The notes under the pieces were generated by a model that was not told the origin of the DNA, did not search any database, and saw only the letters and a list, made by a program, of their open reading frames with translations. Shown here piece after piece: positions 17,142 through 25,330 of a stretch of DNA of 34,937 bases; within the stretch, counting starts at the first letter, position 1; the number at the start of each line of letters is the position of its first letter. Source of the DNA: a virus (Duplodnaviria; Caudoviricetes); IMG/VR virus record IMGVR_UViG_3300020413_001600, positions 1 to 34,937 of that record. One strand, written 5' to 3'. The translations under genes and the position numbers were made by a program.

Positions 17142-18434
17142 ATGTTAGAAAAACTATTTGGTCTAACAAAAGCCAAGACATCAGTGAAAACTGAGATAAT
17201 GGCTGGCGTGGCCACTTTCCTAACAATGGCCTATATCACGGTGGTCAATCCAGCGATACTTTCAACAGAAGGATCCGGAATGGACTTCGGTGCTGTTTTT
17301 ACAGCAACGATTATTGCCGCAGTGGTAGGAACATTGATTATGGGGTTATGGGCCAATTGGCCTGTGGCACTTGCACCAGGTATGGGACTAAATGCGTTCT
17401 TTACGTTTGGTGTAATATTTGGAATGGGATATACCTTTGAACAGGCTTTGGCCGCTGTATTTGTAGCGGGTATAGTGTTTATTGGATTGTCAGTAACACC
17501 TGCCAGAAAATATATCATCAATTCAATTCCGAGAAGTATGAAACTAGGCGTTGGGGCCGGCATAGGATTATTCCTTGCCATCATAGGCTTCAAGAACGCA
17601 GGGATCGTAGTTGATCATCCTGCCACTCTAGTTGGACTTGGAGACATCTCAAGTTGGCCTGTGTTATTAGCAGGTCTAGGTTTTGCTGTGATGGCAATCC
17701 TTGATAAGAGAAAAGTTCCGGGTGCAATCATCATCGGAATATTAGCAGTCAGCATCATCGCTTGGGTATTTGGAGTATCCGATCTGAATGGTGTTGCGGG
17801 TGCGATACCTAGTCCGGCTCATGCTTTCAGTCTAGACTTTAGTCTGATAGCGACAGCAGGATTCATTGGTACTGCGTTTGCATTCTTGTTTGTGGACTTC
17901 ATGGACACAGCAGGAACCTTAACTTCAGTTGCTAACCTTACAGGTAAGGTGAATAAGAACGGAGAAGTCGAGGGAATCGACCGGGCGTTGCTATCAGATT
18001 CTGTTGCAACATCCGTTGGTGCACTGGCAGGAACATCAAATACCACTTCATACATTGAAAGTGGTGCTGGTATCAAAGAAGGTGGAAAAACTGGACTTAC
18101 GGCAGTGACAGTGGCAGTGCTATTTTTGGCCTGTCTGTTCTTTGCTCCGTTGGCTCAGAGTATCCCGGCATTCGCTACTGCACCGGCATTGATTTTCATC
18201 GCAACATACTTCTTGAGGAACCTCAAGGACATTGATTGGGATGATGTGAGTGAATATGCACCGGCCGTATTGGCGGCTGTTATCATGCCACTGACATTCA
18301 GTATCGCATATGGTATAGCACTGGGTTTCATAGCCTACGTGGTTATCAAAGCGGCGAGTGGAAGACAAGCAGAACTTAACGGCGGCAGTCTGGCGATTGC
18401 GGCGGTAAGTTTACTTTACTTCGTAGCAGTATAA
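17142..18434 (+). CDS. NCS2/AzgA-family purine (guanine/hypoxanthine/adenine) permease
   Basis: TEIMAGVATFLTMAYI..VNP.IL, APGMGLNAFF, FMDTAGT, TTSYIESGAGIKEGGKTGL, MPLTFSI..GIALGF; AGGAGG RBS; many TM helices. Confidence 0.95.
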   Translation: MLEKLFGLTKAKTSVKTEIMAGVATFLTMAYITVVNPAILSTEGSGMDFGAVFTATIIAAVVGTLIMGLWANWPVALAPGMGLNAFFTFGVIFGMGYTFEQALAAVFVAGIVFIGLSVTPARKYIINSIPRSMKLGVGAGIGLFLAIIGFKNAGIVVDHPATLVGLGDISSWPVLLAGLGFAVMAILDKRKVPGAIIIGILAVSIIAWVFGVSDLNGVAGAIPSPAHAFSLDFSLIATAGFIGTAFAFLFVDFMDTAGTLTSVANLTGKVNKNGEVEGIDRALLSDSVATSVGALAGTSNTTSYIESGAGIKEGGKTGLTAVTVAVLFLACLFFAPLAQSIPAFATAPALIFIATYFLRNLKDIDWDDVSEYAPAVLAAVIMPLTFSIAYGIALGFIAYVVIKAASGRQAELNGGSLAIAAVSLLYFVAV

Positions 18435-18439
18435 GTTTG

Positions 18440-18461
18440 TGGGGGAATTAATTTTCCCCCA
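18440..18461 (+). terminator. Hairpin after the permease (probable terminator or mRNA stabiliser)
   Basis: TGGGGGAA-ttaatt-TTCCCCCA 8 bp perfect stem; U-tract is weak. Confidence 0.55.
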
Positions 18462-18490
18462 TTGACAAAACATCTAAATAATAATATAAT
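18462..18490 (+). promoter_or_regulatory. Perfect consensus sigma70 promoter with nested TAAATA
   Basis: TTGACA (18462-18467), 17 nt, TATAAT (18485-18490); TAAATA at 18475-18480. Confidence 0.85.
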
Positions 18491-18502
18491 TACAAGTACA
18501 TC

Positions 18503-18901
18503 ATGGGAAACAAAGCAGGAAAAATTTGGGGACAAACAGAACTAATCGAAGCAAATGGTTCTTGTGAATTCCATAGAATAGATTTTGTAAAAGGTGGGAC
18601 GTGTTCAAAGCACAAACACGAATACAAATGGAACGGTTTCTACGTGATGTCAGGCGAGATGAAAATCCGTGTATGGCAAAAGGACTATGACCTCATAGAC
18701 GAAACCATACTTAAAGCCGGTGACTACACAGCCGTCAAACCAGGACTATATCATTCATTTGAAGGATTGGAAGATGGCGTTGCGTTTGAGTTGTACTGGG
18801 CGGAATTCAGACATAACGATATACAACGAGAAAGTGTTGGTCATTTACAAACAGGCAACGTAGTAAGGCTTGATAAAAAAAATGACAAAACACGAAAATA
18901 A
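18503..18901 (+). CDS. Cupin-domain protein
   Basis: CSKHKH...NGFYVMSGEM...GDYTAVKPGLYHSF cupin motifs. Confidence 0.8.
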   Translation: MGNKAGKIWGQTELIEANGSCEFHRIDFVKGGTCSKHKHEYKWNGFYVMSGEMKIRVWQKDYDLIDETILKAGDYTAVKPGLYHSFEGLEDGVAFELYWAEFRHNDIQRESVGHLQTGNVVRLDKKNDKTRK

Positions 18902-19913
18902 GATTCCAATAAAAGGTTACGCTACATTTGACCCGCTGAAACATTGCGTGATAGGATCAGCCTTCAAGCCAGACTGGTTCAAGCATCTGTCAATCTATAA
19001 GAACGATAAGATAATGGATCCACTAAAGCGGATAGCCGAGGAAACAGAGGAAGACTTTGAAACTCTGGAAAAGATATTAAAAGACGCTGGTGTTAAGACA
19101 TACAGGACTTTCCTAGACATCAACAAAGTTGGAGGACTTGATAATATCTTTCAACCTCCCGTATGTCCGAGAGATCACTTTGCCACTATTGGGGAAACGT
19201 TCTATGCGGTAGGAAGTGGAGCGAAAGGGTATATCGACATTATCAAAAGCATAGATAAGAAGGACACCTATTATGGATTGCAATGGCACGGCAAGTATGA
19301 TAAAATGCAAGTGTCGACAGCACAGATAGTCAGGGTGGGAAAAGACCTTTGGTGGGACATTCCAAAGACAGTGCCTGAAGAAGTTTCTAACACATTGATA
19401 GAACGTTGGACAAATGAAGGTTTTAGAGTACATACTAGTCACAGAGGATATCATAACGATGGAGTTTTCTGTGTGGTTAAGCCTGGCTGTATAATTTCAC
19501 TGCATGACATACAGAATTACGATAAAGAGTTTCCAGGTTGGGACGTGCTGTATCTACCTGACCGATTGTGGCCCGAAACAAGTGCCTTTACAAAGATGAA
19601 AAGAGAAGTAGGCGGACGTTGGTGGCTGAAAGGTGAGGAACATAACGCACAATTGATTGAATTTGTAAACACTTGGCTAAAGGAATGGGTTGGATTTGTA
19701 GAAGAAACTGTGTTTGATGTGAACATGCTCTCCATAGATCAAAATACAGTGATCTGCAACAGCCATAACAAAGAAATAGCAGACCATTTTAAAAAGCATA
19801 AAGTTGAACCAATTATCTTTAATTTTAGGCACAGGTATTTTTGGGATGGTGGAATACACTGCATCACACAGGACCTGTACAGAGAAGGCACACAGGAGGA
19901 TTATTTTGGCTGA
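18882..19913 (+). CDS. Amidinotransferase-family (pentein fold) protein
   Basis: FDPLKHCVIG, CPRD, HNDG, FDVNML, WDGGIHC (catalytic Cys near the C-terminus). Confidence 0.8.
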   Translation: MTKHENKIPIKGYATFDPLKHCVIGSAFKPDWFKHLSIYKNDKIMDPLKRIAEETEEDFETLEKILKDAGVKTYRTFLDINKVGGLDNIFQPPVCPRDHFATIGETFYAVGSGAKGYIDIIKSIDKKDTYYGLQWHGKYDKMQVSTAQIVRVGKDLWWDIPKTVPEEVSNTLIERWTNEGFRVHTSHRGYHNDGVFCVVKPGCIISLHDIQNYDKEFPGWDVLYLPDRLWPETSAFTKMKREVGGRWWLKGEEHNAQLIEFVNTWLKEWVGFVEETVFDVNMLSIDQNTVICNSHNKEIADHFKKHKVEPIIFNFRHRYFWDGGIHCITQDLYREGTQEDYFG

Positions 19914-20382
19914 CATATATCACATTTGGGCTGATCATAAGCAGGGCGTTGACTCATATGACTTTGCAAACAAAATGCGAAAGTTTCTTGATGGTTTGGT
20001 TGAGATGGGCAGGATGAAAAACTATAGGCTAACCAGATCTAAACTTGGATTTAGATCCATGGACATGCCAGAATTCCATATCATGATGGAATTCAACAAC
20101 ATGCAACAACTAGACGACGCAATGACATCTATATTACGAAATGAAAAGCACATAGATGAGACCCATGTGTCATTCAATCAGTTGGTAAACAAAGAAACAA
20201 TCCAGCATTTTTTATACAGGGATTTTCCAGACGAGTTGACAGAAAACCAACCTCAAGTTAAAATACAAGAGCAAGTGAAAATAAAGATAGATCCGGAAAT
20301 GGAAAAAAAAATGCGAGGTTCATACACAGTCGATGAGATAGTAAAATCAATGAAGGAGCAATACCCAGACATATGGAAGTAG
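19906..20382 (+). CDS. Hypothetical protein (DUF6614-like)
   Basis: TTG start after AGGAGG; YHIWAD...YRLTRSKLGF...PEFHIMMEF..MQQLD. Confidence 0.65.
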   Translation: MADIYHIWADHKQGVDSYDFANKMRKFLDGLVEMGRMKNYRLTRSKLGFRSMDMPEFHIMMEFNNMQQLDDAMTSILRNEKHIDETHVSFNQLVNKETIQHFLYRDFPDELTENQPQVKIQEQVKIKIDPEMEKKMRGSYTVDEIVKSMKEQYPDIWK

Positions 20383-21272
20383 AAAAAAAATATTACTACA
20401 GTGAGATATTTCACAGCATACAAGGTGAAGGACACTACACAGGCGTTCCTACTGCATGGATAAGATTTTTCCTGTGTAATTTACAATGCAATGGATTTGG
20501 TCAAAAAGATCCAACAGACCCAAGCACGTATGAATTACCTTTCGAGAACTTTGATGTGTCTAGTGTGAAACGTGTTGAAGACTTGCCTGTGTGGGACAAA
20601 GGCTGTGACAGTTCTTACACGTGGGCAAAGAAGTTCAAAGGACTTATGGGACAGGAAACACCAACAGTATTGGCAAACAAACTTGTAGATATTATCAAGA
20701 CAGATTCAAATCCAGAAGGTAAGTTTTTACATCCATTGTCAAAACAACATCAGCATCTGTGTTTCACAGGTGGTGAACCTTTAATGATAACAGGACAGGC
20801 CGCAGTCGTTGGGATATACAGGGCACTAAAAAAACAGAACAACCTGCCCGGATCAATGACGTTCGAAACAAATGGCACACAGATATTGAAGGAACCTTTC
20901 AAGGAATGGGTAAGAAACATAGACACAGAAGTGTTCTTTAGTGTGAGTCCCAAACTGTTCACAGTATCAGGCGAAAAGACGGAAAAAGCAATAAAACCTG
21001 AGAACGTGGCCGAATACTACAAACTATCCAAAGCAGGACAGTTGAAATTTGTTGTTGGATCCACAGACAGGGAATGGGACGAAGCGGAAAGTACGATACA
21101 GAAGTTCAGAGATGCTGGTGTAGAATGGCCTGTTTGGATAATGCCCACAGGTGCCAGGGAAGAAGAACAGACTGCTACTGCTGGTAAAGTGGCAGAGAAG
21201 GCATTCAAGAAAGGATATAATGTGGCCGCAAGGGTACACGTTTATCTATTTGGTAATGCAATCGGAACATAA
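20373..21272 (+). CDS. queE: 7-carboxy-7-deazaguanine synthase (radical SAM)
   Basis: SEIFHSIQGEG..TG.P...IRF..CNLQC...CDS.Y, FTGGEP, ETNGT, SVSPK, LKFVV, RVHVYLFG. Confidence 0.88.
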   Translation: MEVEKKYYYSEIFHSIQGEGHYTGVPTAWIRFFLCNLQCNGFGQKDPTDPSTYELPFENFDVSSVKRVEDLPVWDKGCDSSYTWAKKFKGLMGQETPTVLANKLVDIIKTDSNPEGKFLHPLSKQHQHLCFTGGEPLMITGQAAVVGIYRALKKQNNLPGSMTFETNGTQILKEPFKEWVRNIDTEVFFSVSPKLFTVSGEKTEKAIKPENVAEYYKLSKAGQLKFVVGSTDREWDEAESTIQKFRDAGVEWPVWIMPTGAREEEQTATAGKVAEKAFKKGYNVAARVHVYLFGNAIGT

Positions 21273-21275
21273 GAG

Positions 21276-21304
21276 TAGACTAATTAATAAAAAGAAGGTA
21301 TAAT
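21276..21304 (+). promoter_or_regulatory. Sigma70 promoter (leaderless)
   Basis: TAGACT, 17 nt, TATAAT (21299-21304); ATG 21311. Confidence 0.75.
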
Positions 21305-21310
21305 AATGTT

Positions 21311-21643
21311 ATGAAGGTAAAGAAAACAGCAAAGACAACTATCAACAAAAAGAACACAAAAAGCAAAGGCAAGAAGAAAAGCGAAGAGCCAATTGTAAAA
21401 GTTCTTAATCTTAATGTAAATCCTGAGAATCCTAGAAATGGGTTCTTTGAACTAGACTGGAATGATGAATTTGTCAATATGCTTAAACAAAGTGGCTATC
21501 AAGGAGAAACAGAAGAAGAGATTGTTGACAGATGGTTTCAAACACTTTGCAAAACTATCGGCAACGAACAAGGCATCGACGTCACCGGATCTGGCTATGT
21601 ACAGATCAACAGAAGAGATGACGGCAAGACCGAAGTCAGTTAA
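21311..21643 (+). CDS. Hypothetical phage protein
   Basis: Lys-rich N-terminus; GFFELDWNDEFV...EEEIVDRWF. Confidence 0.75.
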   Translation: MKVKKTAKTTINKKNTKSKGKKKSEEPIVKVLNLNVNPENPRNGFFELDWNDEFVNMLKQSGYQGETEEEIVDRWFQTLCKTIGNEQGIDVTGSGYVQINRRDDGKTEVS

Positions 21644-21678
21644 TATCCTCCCAAATTTTCAACTATTAAATATTGTTG

Positions 21679-22719
21679 ATGTATAGCCTCGAGACCTTAA
21701 GTGAAATAGACTTTGAACTGAGCAGTCATTGTAATTCAAAATGCTCCCAGTGTCCAAGATACGACATGAAGGGATATGTCCGATCAGATTTAAATGTAAC
21801 ACACCTAGAGTTAGATCTAATAGAAAATCTTCCCATTGACCAAATGAAGTCACTAAAAACAATTTCTTTCTGTGGCAATTTTGGTGATCCTTTAATGCAC
21901 CCACAACTGGATAAAATAATTAATTGTTTTCCTGAACAAAATATTTCAATAAGCACAAATGCATCTTTAAGAAATACAGAATGGTGGAGTAGGTTAGGAG
22001 CAATAAAAAATGTTACTGTGACTTTCTGCATAGATGGAATAGGAAAAGAGCATGAGATGTATAGACGCAATACCTCTTATGAAAAAATAATAAAAAACGC
22101 AGAGGCGTACATCAGATCAGGTGGCGAAGCAACATGGCAATTCATTGTATTCAAACATAACGAACATCAGACACAGGAAGCAAAAAAAATAAGCAAGGAA
22201 ATGGGATTTGAGGATATTTTCTTTCTATACTCTGATAGGTTCGACACACAAGACACATGGCAGGTATATGACGAGGGACAATATCTTTATGATCTAGAAA
22301 AATCTTCCCAACAGACTACCTTACGAGATACTCTTGGGTCCGAAGTTGGTGAAAAGTACTGGAAGAACTTGTACAAAGGCAAAAAAGAAATATCTTGCTA
22401 TTGGAAACAGAAAAAAAAATTATACATACATAGTGACGGTACAGTGTACCCTTGTTGTATGTTGGGCACTATAAATGCTGGTAAAAATATTGAAAAAGTT
22501 CTTTTGAAGAAAATCGTGAAGGATTATCAAAATATTGATCTACATCACAACAGTCTGCAAGATATCTTACAATCAGACGTATTTCTCAAGGCATTACCGT
22601 CTAGTTTCGGCGGTGATCCATTTTCCCACCCGATTTGTATAGAACACTGCAATAAGGCCACCGGTAAGTATGCGTTGGAAGGATTGAGTAGAGTCAATAC
22701 AGATAGACAGTTCTCATGA
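21679..22719 (+). CDS. Radical SAM protein with C-terminal SPASM/twitch-like domain
   Basis: CNSKCSQC, FCGNFGDP, STNAS, IDGI, VYPCC, C-terminal CxxxC; ATG 21679 lies 6 nt after TAAATA (21667-21672). Confidence 0.87.
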   Translation: MYSLETLSEIDFELSSHCNSKCSQCPRYDMKGYVRSDLNVTHLELDLIENLPIDQMKSLKTISFCGNFGDPLMHPQLDKIINCFPEQNISISTNASLRNTEWWSRLGAIKNVTVTFCIDGIGKEHEMYRRNTSYEKIIKNAEAYIRSGGEATWQFIVFKHNEHQTQEAKKISKEMGFEDIFFLYSDRFDTQDTWQVYDEGQYLYDLEKSSQQTTLRDTLGSEVGEKYWKNLYKGKKEISCYWKQKKKLYIHSDGTVYPCCMLGTINAGKNIEKVLLKKIVKDYQNIDLHHNSLQDILQSDVFLKALPSSFGGDPFSHPICIEHCNKATGKYALEGLSRVNTDRQFS

Positions 22720-22732
22720 TTTGTGCTATAAT
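22704..22732 (+). promoter_or_regulatory. Extended -10 sigma70 promoter (leaderless)
   Basis: TAGACA, 17 nt, TGcTATAAT (-10 at 22727-22732); ATG 22739. Confidence 0.8.
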
Positions 22733-22738
22733 GTACAC

Positions 22739-23725
22739 ATGGCCCACATATTAGTAGACACAGCAAACACATTCTTTAGAGCAAGGCACGTGATCAGAGG
22801 AGATACCTCCGAGAAAGTTGGCATGGCTATTCACATCATGATGAACTCGATAAAAAAATCATGGCAAGACTTTGACGGTTCTCACGTTGTATTCTGTTTG
22901 GAAGGCAGGTCTTGGCGTAAGGATCATTACGCACCATACAAAAGAAACAGGAAAGAAATGGCAGATGCTATGACTGAAAAGGAAAAAGAGGAAAACGAAG
23001 TTTTCTGGGAGTGCTATGACGATTTCTGTGATTTTATCAAGACTAAAACAAACGCAACTGTATTGAGGAACCCTAGAACAGAAGCAGATGACTTGATTGC
23101 AAGATGGATTGACAAACATCCTAACATGGACCATGTCATAATCAGCACAGATAAAGATCTTAATCAACTAGTAGCAAAAAATGTAAAACAGTACAACGGT
23201 GTAACCGAAACGACTCTTACTAACGAAGGATGGTTTGACAGCAAAGGCAAACCTGTGATAGATAAAAAATTAAAAGCACCAAAGCCGGCACCGGACACAG
23301 AATGGATTGTATTTGAAAAAGCCATGAGAGGTGATCCAAGTGATAACATATTTTCAGCATACCCTGGTGTGCGTACAAAGGGCACAAAGAACAAGATAGG
23401 TTTGCAAGAAGCATTTGCGGACCGTAAGGAAAAAGGCTACACATGGAACAATTTAATGTTGACCAAATGGGTCGACCATGACGGAAATGAACACAGGGTC
23501 ATGGAAGACTATGAGAGGAATAGATTGTTGGTTGATTTACATGCACAACCAGAAGCAATCGTCGAAGAAATGGATCAAACTATTGCACAGGCTAAATCGG
23601 AAAACAAAAGTATAGATCAAGTTGGAATCAGATTTATGAGGTTCTGTGGCAAATATGATTTAAATAGAATTAGTGAGCAGGCGCAACTTTATGTTGAGCC
23701 ATTTAATGCGAGGTTACAAGCATGA
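22739..23725 (+). CDS. rnh: T4 RNase H-like 5'-3' exonuclease / flap endonuclease
   Basis: ILVDTAN, SWRK...YKRNR, EADDLIA, ISTDKDL.QL, GDPSDNI. Confidence 0.9.
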   Translation: MAHILVDTANTFFRARHVIRGDTSEKVGMAIHIMMNSIKKSWQDFDGSHVVFCLEGRSWRKDHYAPYKRNRKEMADAMTEKEKEENEVFWECYDDFCDFIKTKTNATVLRNPRTEADDLIARWIDKHPNMDHVIISTDKDLNQLVAKNVKQYNGVTETTLTNEGWFDSKGKPVIDKKLKAPKPAPDTEWIVFEKAMRGDPSDNIFSAYPGVRTKGTKNKIGLQEAFADRKEKGYTWNNLMLTKWVDHDGNEHRVMEDYERNRLLVDLHAQPEAIVEEMDQTIAQAKSENKSIDQVGIRFMRFCGKYDLNRISEQAQLYVEPFNARLQA

Positions 23726-24225
23726 CAGTACGGGCAAAGACATTAGTAAAAGATAAATTCTGGATAGTTGAGCAGGATGGTCATAAATTAGGCACCCTAC
23801 AAAAACAACAGGACAATGGCTGGATCTTTCTAAGCAAAAAAGATAAAAGAGAAGTGTTCCACACTCAGGAAAGTTTGTTCAGTAAATTTGGTATCGAAAT
23901 GTTTGATGCTACAAACATCAAAAAACCTGAGGAAGAGATACAAACAGACAACTTTGATGTGCATGGTTATCCTTGTAGTCAACATCCTTACAATCCAATG
24001 TTTGATGTGCAGAAGCAACTTCCGGTGTATACTAAAACTCCAAAAAGCAAAAGCCAATTTTGTGCAGGTTACTATATAATCTGTTTTGAAAAAGGCTGGA
24101 GAAAAGCATATTGTCCAAAAATGATCACACTTTCAAGGTACAAGAACAAAGGTCCTATGAAAACAAAAATAGAAATGCAACAGGTGTTAAACAATGCAGT
24201 CAAAGAATTCCAAGATTCAAACTAG
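23722..24225 (+). CDS. Hypothetical phage protein
   Basis: ATGA coupled; LPVYTK..KSKS.FCAGYY...YCPK.ITL.RY. Confidence 0.75.
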   Translation: MTVRAKTLVKDKFWIVEQDGHKLGTLQKQQDNGWIFLSKKDKREVFHTQESLFSKFGIEMFDATNIKKPEEEIQTDNFDVHGYPCSQHPYNPMFDVQKQLPVYTKTPKSKSQFCAGYYIICFEKGWRKAYCPKMITLSRYKNKGPMKTKIEMQQVLNNAVKEFQDSN

Positions 24226-24451
24226 GCCGATAGAAGATCTCATAGGCCGTATAAGAACACTACGTCAGAAAGGCGAAAGACAGATAGTGTTGCAGGCGAA
24301 AGAAGCCGATCAATTAGCGGACAGCCTTACCCAAGTAATGACACGTATGGTAACCATACAAGAAGAGATAATCGAAGCACTAAAGACTGCCAGAGAAGCA
24401 CAAACTGTTGACATCGAAATGGACGGCGGTAATTTCTCAAACAAAAAATAA
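24194..24451 (+). CDS. Hypothetical coiled-coil protein
   Basis: 85 aa, ends IEMDGGNF. Confidence 0.7.
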   Translation: MQSKNSKIQTRPIEDLIGRIRTLRQKGERQIVLQAKEADQLADSLTQVMTRMVTIQEEIIEALKTAREAQTVDIEMDGGNFSNKK

Positions 24452-24543
24452 CGTCAATAGGTTGCAACGATAACCCCTTAAAACCTTTCCAATACTGGCA
24501 CACGATAAGAATTTTGGTAAATATAAGTTGTAAAGAGTTTTAT

Positions 24544-24831
24544 ATGAGCAGACCAAAACCTACAGTGCTGTTGCAACACAGCAATAAAAGTACCTTCAAA
24601 ATGGATGAGGTCCTAGCGGCCGAGGGCATTTGGGCAGTGTTCTATGACGGCAAACCAATCAATTTGAAATCATCAAGTTTGGTTGCCAATTACCCTGGTC
24701 CAAAATACAAAAAGGTATCATTTTCAAATCCTGGTCATGCCGAAAACCTAGCCAAGAAGTTGAACGCACAACACAACACAGACAAGTTTGGTGTTTACAT
24801 TTTAAAAACCGGCGACAAATTCAGTAGATAA
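24544..24831 (+). CDS. Hypothetical phage protein
   Basis: MSRPKPTVLL...KYKKVSFSNPGHA.NLAKKLN; TAAATA motif upstream at 24518-24523. Confidence 0.75.
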   Translation: MSRPKPTVLLQHSNKSTFKMDEVLAAEGIWAVFYDGKPINLKSSSLVANYPGPKYKKVSFSNPGHAENLAKKLNAQHNTDKFGVYILKTGDKFSR

Positions 24832-24842
24832 TTAACATTACT

Positions 24843-25238
24843 ATGGATCGTAAAACAGCCTACACTCGAACCTTCATGGAATTGTTGGAGCAACCAATAC
24901 ATGATGAGACCATCAAGAACAACTACTATTCATGGTGGCAGAATGTCCGTGAAAGCTATCAAGCAAGATCATTGCGACTTACCAAACAAGGTCTTGCCAT
25001 GTTGGAAAAAATCGATCTTAAAACATATGACATCAAGTTTCCTGCAAAAGTCATATTCACACCACAGACATATCTATGGTTAGATGAATTTGTTGACTGT
25101 CCTTACTTTGTAGACAAACAAAAAATCATAGTGACCATGGAAAAAATGGCATTACAGCTCATGTTATTTGCTGGAGATATCACAAAATACGGGTTGGCAA
25201 GGGCTATGAGCAAAATGGACGAGCAAAAAAGCCAATAA
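24843..25238 (+). CDS. Hypothetical phage protein
   Basis: 131 aa; SLRLTKQG...LDEFVDCPYF. Confidence 0.75.
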   Translation: MDRKTAYTRTFMELLEQPIHDETIKNNYYSWWQNVRESYQARSLRLTKQGLAMLEKIDLKTYDIKFPAKVIFTPQTYLWLDEFVDCPYFVDKQKIIVTMEKMALQLMLFAGDITKYGLARAMSKMDEQKSQ

Positions 25239-25268
25239 AACTGCGACTTTTTGCATAGATTTACCAGG

Positions 25269-25296
25269 TTGACGTATAACACAATTCTGCTATAAT
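25269..25296 (+). promoter_or_regulatory. Sigma70 promoter
   Basis: TTGACG, 16 nt, TGcTATAAT (-10 at 25291-25296); AGGAG RBS before ATG 25331. Confidence 0.75.
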
Positions 25297-25330
25297 GGTA
25301 TTATAAACATTTTAAACAGGAGTGTACAAA

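Noticed and set aside
21673-22738. ORF-track starts at 21673 and 22721 (also 8340, 12622, 13344, 13559, 19804, 24514, 30126)
   Set aside because: Downstream starts fit promoter, RBS or stop-start coupling better; coordinates were adjusted in the features.
24452-24543. Intergenic gap as ncRNA, tRNA or origin
   Set aside because: Only a weak 4 bp stem and a TAAATA motif; no cloverleaf or iterons.
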